DNA from: an uncultured virus (IMG/VR IMGVR_UViG_3300025438_000011)
Taxonomy: Duplodnaviria > Heunggongvirae > Uroviricota > Caudoviricetes
DNA length: 20,000 bases
IMG/VR virus record: IMGVR_UViG_3300025438_000011
Reading direction: 5' to 3' (one strand)
The notes under the pieces were generated by a model. That model was given only the letters and a program-made list of their open reading frames with translations. It searched no databases and was not told where the DNA came from. The number at the start of each line of letters is the position of its first letter. Positions within the stretch are counted from its first letter, which is position 1. A program made the translations under genes and the position numbers. This document shows positions 17,214-20,000 of this stretch, piece after piece.

Positions 17214-17249
17214 TAAGGTTTAATATATACTCTAAATTTAATTAGTAAT

Positions 17250-17558
17250 ATGAATCACATAAAGAAGTTTAATGAAAATAGTGATGATAAAATCACAAGT
17301 GAGATTTGGAAAAACACATTTCGAAATAAGTCTGCTAGTGGTCGATATTGGAGAGAATTGTTCAATGAAGAGTTTGAGACTAAGAAATTCCTAGACAGTA
17401 GTGATGCTGTTAGTATATGTAAGACGGCACAGAGAGATGTATATGAGAATATAATCAATGAATTAGAGATTTATGATGTTGATTCTTTTGTAGTGGAAAA
17501 GATTAAGTCATTACAACAAGAAATGGAGGATGAAGATAATTCTGGACTATCTAGATGA
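17250..17558 (+). CDS. Hypothetical protein with N-terminal MNHIKKFNE motif (possible virion/internal protein)
   Basis: 102 aa; TTAATATATA upstream at 17220-17229. Confidence 0.7.
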   Translation: MNHIKKFNENSDDKITSEIWKNTFRNKSASGRYWRELFNEEFETKKFLDSSDAVSICKTAQRDVYENIINELEIYDVDSFVVEKIKSLQQEMEDEDNSGLSR

Positions 17559-17628
17559 GAGAGATAATAATATTTATAGTTGGATCATTATCCAGTTATA
17601 TAATATTGAATAAAAAAAGTAACAAGGA

Positions 17629-18291
17629 ATGAAACATTTACAAGATTTTAAATACTTCAGAGAGGCGGTTATTGAACCGTTTGATTTCACTGAATTTTTG
17701 ACCAACATCAAGAATAATGAATATAATAGTTTGGAAGAACTAAACTCGATGTCTTCGGAGTTTGAGGTAGAATTTTCCAATTTTGATGATTTTCACGATT
17801 CATTGGGTTCTGATGTTGAGAAAGAAATGGCACCGAAAGAACTTATGTTGATGGGTGGTGTTAAATTTGCTTTATTCAATAAGTACAGTAACTCGATGAT
17901 GATAGTCGTTGAGGAAGAAATGTTCTTAGAGTTTCTGAAAGGTGATGGACTGGATTCATTACTAGCCTTCTTAAACGAGGTGTTACGACATGAATCGATA
18001 CACTATCAACAAGTAGGTCGTATGAAGGATAAGACCTCTTACAAGCTAGATGCATCACCCACACACAATACAAAGAAGTATTGGACCGATAAGAAGGAGT
18101 TGATGGCTTACGCACAAACACTAATCGACCACTTGACTCAACAGGGGTTGGATAAGAATGAGGTTGAACATAAGATAAAATCACCGGGTGATATCAAGTC
18201 ATGGGTTTGGAATGTCTATAAACAAGTGTTAGACGAAACACAGATGAAACGTTTCTTGAAGTACGTCTATCAGTACTGGGAGAAAATGTAA
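17629..18291 (+). CDS. Putative zinc metallopeptidase (HExxH)
   Basis: LRHESIHYQQ followed by KELMAYA (third-ligand-like E); N-terminal MKHLQDFKYFRE. Confidence 0.7.
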   Translation: MKHLQDFKYFREAVIEPFDFTEFLTNIKNNEYNSLEELNSMSSEFEVEFSNFDDFHDSLGSDVEKEMAPKELMLMGGVKFALFNKYSNSMMIVVEEEMFLEFLKGDGLDSLLAFLNEVLRHESIHYQQVGRMKDKTSYKLDASPTHNTKKYWTDKKELMAYAQTLIDHLTQQGLDKNEVEHKIKSPGDIKSWVWNVYKQVLDETQMKRFLKYVYQYWEKM

Positions 18292-18297
18292 AATAGG

Positions 18298-18331
18298 AAA
18301 TCCCCTTACCGAAATCGATAAGGGGATTTTT
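18298..18331. terminator. Intrinsic, probably bidirectional, terminator
   Basis: AAATCCCCTTA-10 nt-TAAGGGGATTT hairpin with T tract, between convergent genes. Confidence 0.9.
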
Positions 18332-18352
18332 ATTTTGTTATTATTGTATCAG

Positions 18353-18718
18353 TTACACTACTGATGCAGAAACTGTGTTTCTTGCTACTTTAGCGTATTT
18401 CTGAAATACTGATCGAGCTTCATCTCGTGTTGCTCCTACCACGTAAATAACTTTCGTTGATCCGTTGGCAGTTACTTTACGTGATCCAACAACTGGTGTT
18501 GAAGACACTTCGAAAGAACGTCCGTTCGGAGTTGTGAGTGTAGTTGGAACTTTAACAACTTTCTTTCTTCGTAATCTAGAAGATGTACGCTCACACGACT
18601 TACACTGGTTTAGACTGTAACCTGATTTGTGGTTTCGGAAGTTAGCAATTGGCTGTTCTCCTTTCTCTGGACATCTGTTACAAGATTTTGCTGTTACTAC
18701 TGTTTTTGTGTTTTTCAT
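18353..18718 (-). CDS. Basic CxxC..CxxC zinc-finger protein
   Basis: CNRC...F......CKSC followed by RLRRKK; TATATTTG promoter at 18767-18774 and an A-rich leader. Confidence 0.8.
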   Translation of the reverse strand: MKNTKTVVTAKSCNRCPEKGEQPIANFRNHKSGYSLNQCKSCERTSSRLRRKKVVKVPTTLTTPNGRSFEVSSTPVVGSRKVTANGSTKVIYVVGATRDEARSVFQKYAKVARNTVSASVV

Positions 18719-18825
18719 AATTTTTGTTTTTTACTGTTTTTGTTTGTGTTTGTCTTAATTCTTTAACAAATATACGGATACTTTTTAGCCCACCTAGCAT
18801 TTATCCGCTTTTTTTTCAATTTCTT

Positions 18826-19311
18826 TCAAATGTCTTGGTTATGTAGTAGTGTAAGTATGTTCTCAAAGAAATTTCTGTTAGATAAGTATAATACTTTTCT
18901 GTGTGACATTATTCGTTGGAATTGATTAACTACCGGAAGTAGTAACCAGAAATGTCCTAATTTTCTTGACCAGTTTGGAACTAATTCACCAGCATCTAGT
19001 TCGTTTAAACCTATTATGGTAGTTTGGTCTTTTGAATATGTTATTTCATATGCCTTAAATCCTAATTTACAGGTGTCTTTTATAGATGATGATATTTCCT
19101 CATCTGTCCAACCAAGATTCCTCATAATAGTTTGTGCTTTTAAAAAGGGTGATATGTAATCCGGTTCGTGTTCTATTGTATCACGTTTTAAAAAAGATAA
19201 TATGTAATCCGTTTCGTGTTCTATGGCATCATACATTTGCTTGTTACAGTTGTCAGAAACTAATTTTCTTTGGCTGGTGTATGATAGGTCTTGTATTTTC
19301 ATATTCATCAA
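18826..19311 (-). CDS. Hypothetical protein with an internal 16-aa tandem duplication
   Basis: YDAIEHETDYILSFLK / RDTIEHEPDYISPFLK; DNA repeat period 48 at ~19142-19234. Confidence 0.7.
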   Translation of the reverse strand: MMNMKIQDLSYTSQRKLVSDNCNKQMYDAIEHETDYILSFLKRDTIEHEPDYISPFLKAQTIMRNLGWTDEEISSSIKDTCKLGFKAYEITYSKDQTTIIGLNELDAGELVPNWSRKLGHFWLLLPVVNQFQRIMSHRKVLYLSNRNFFENILTLLHNQDI

Positions 19312-19340
19312 ATTATTTATTTTAAGAGAAATGGAAAATG

Positions 19341-19889
19341 TTATTTACTTTTCCGTTTATCACTTTTACGTTTCTTTCTATTCATCTTAATACTTATGAA
19401 ATCATAGAACTTATCAACGCCATTATCAACTATCTTATCCGCCAAGTGTTCATAATAATCTAGTATTACATCTTTATCCTTGTGTACACCATCAATCGTT
19501 TTTTCAAATCTTGGAATATTTAATTTGTGTAGGGCGTATGTACCCATATTGGATCGTGGATCACTTATACTAAATTCTTTTTTGGTGTGTCTCTTTATCT
19601 TCAGTAAGTTGTGTTCTTCGGGTACGTTATTCAGGAATTGTAAAAATGATTCCCAATCGTTTTGTATAACATCGGCTATATTAGTCCAAAATTCCTTACT
19701 CAATTCAAACTCTATACCCAGGTCTTTAGCATATTGAGCAATTATGAATTTAGTATGTGAGGGATTATGTAGTGTGTGTAGATACTCTTTAGTCTGTCTT
19801 AGATTGTGAGTACCTCCTTGATGATAGAAATTGTTAACAGATTTCCGAACATTCTTCGGTATTTCTTTATTATCAGTTTGTTTTGTCAT
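19341..19889 (-). CDS. Hypothetical protein (likely start MTKQTDNK at 19889)
   Basis: The track's N-terminal extension to 19994 reads through the repeat element and promoter-like region, so it is probably not real. Confidence 0.7.
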   Translation of the reverse strand: MTKQTDNKEIPKNVRKSVNNFYHQGGTHNLRQTKEYLHTLHNPSHTKFIIAQYAKDLGIEFELSKEFWTNIADVIQNDWESFLQFLNNVPEEHNLLKIKRHTKKEFSISDPRSNMGTYALHKLNIPRFEKTIDGVHKDKDVILDYYEHLADKIVDNGVDKFYDFISIKMNRKKRKSDKRKSK

Positions 19890-19934
19890 TTTATATGACG
19901 GAACGTAAAACACACAAGTCTTTAGCTTGTGTGA
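19890..19934 (-). repeat. Hairpin repeat element, copy 3
   Basis: Minus strand CACACAAGCTAAAGACTTGTGTG hairpin + TTTTACGTTCCGTCATATAAA, directly abutting the ATG. Confidence 0.9.
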
Positions 19935-20000
19935 TGTAAGTGATAAAGGGGGTAACCATATATTAATATATAATAAGTATGGTAAAACATACATCGGCTG

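Noticed and set aside
7..19737. Numerous short ORF-track entries antisense to or nested in ligA, smpB, the helicase fusion and the transposases (e.g. 7..237, 396..641, 9702..9971, 16341..16784, 19480..19737)
   Set aside because: Shadow frames of well-supported genes, with no motifs.
19945..19957. AAAGGGGGTAACC resembling the second IS1595 TIR
   Set aside because: Short, imperfect and without a partner end in the window; may be chance or a remnant.
1..20000. Alternative genetic code (stop recoding seen in some jumbo phages)
   Set aside because: Recognisable genes are full length in code 11, and TGA/TAG serve as plausible stops, including ATGA coupling before smpB.

Overview
AT-rich, gene-dense window that most likely comes from a very large (jumbo/mega) phage of a Bacteroidota host. 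This is inferred from Bacteroidota-type TAnnTTTG promoters, a Bacteroidota-style lipoprotein/DUF4468 pair, and host-like genes (ligA, smpB, YqeY, ECF sigma) scattered among short orphan ORFs without bacterial operon context. Main elements: (1) NAD-dependent DNA ligase, followed by a probable inserted cassette containing a frameshifted GIY-YIG endonuclease, two divergent paralogous RHH regulators and two secreted proteins, then what looks like the orphaned original ligase C-terminus. (2) An ECF sigma factor with a ~67-aa insertion inside the sigma4 HTH. (3) smpB. (4) A complete 6,275-bp IS1595-family cargo transposon (8845-15119; 28-bp TIRs, 8-bp TSD TATATTAA). It carries an operon of an HTH protein, a putative RNase-toxin-like protein, a 1296-aa fusion of homing-endonuclease-type repeats, SF2 helicase and RRP8-like methyltransferase, and a small ORF. 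It sits in a 130-bp tandem duplication whose first copy preserves the empty site. (5) A candidate structured ncRNA at 15223-15398. (6) A second, GC-richer IS1595 (16228-17213). (7) Three copies of a ~55-bp IS200/IS605-end-like hairpin element. Unrelated small proteins share a C-terminal RxxKLxxIL tag or an N-terminal MxH(I/L)xxF tag.
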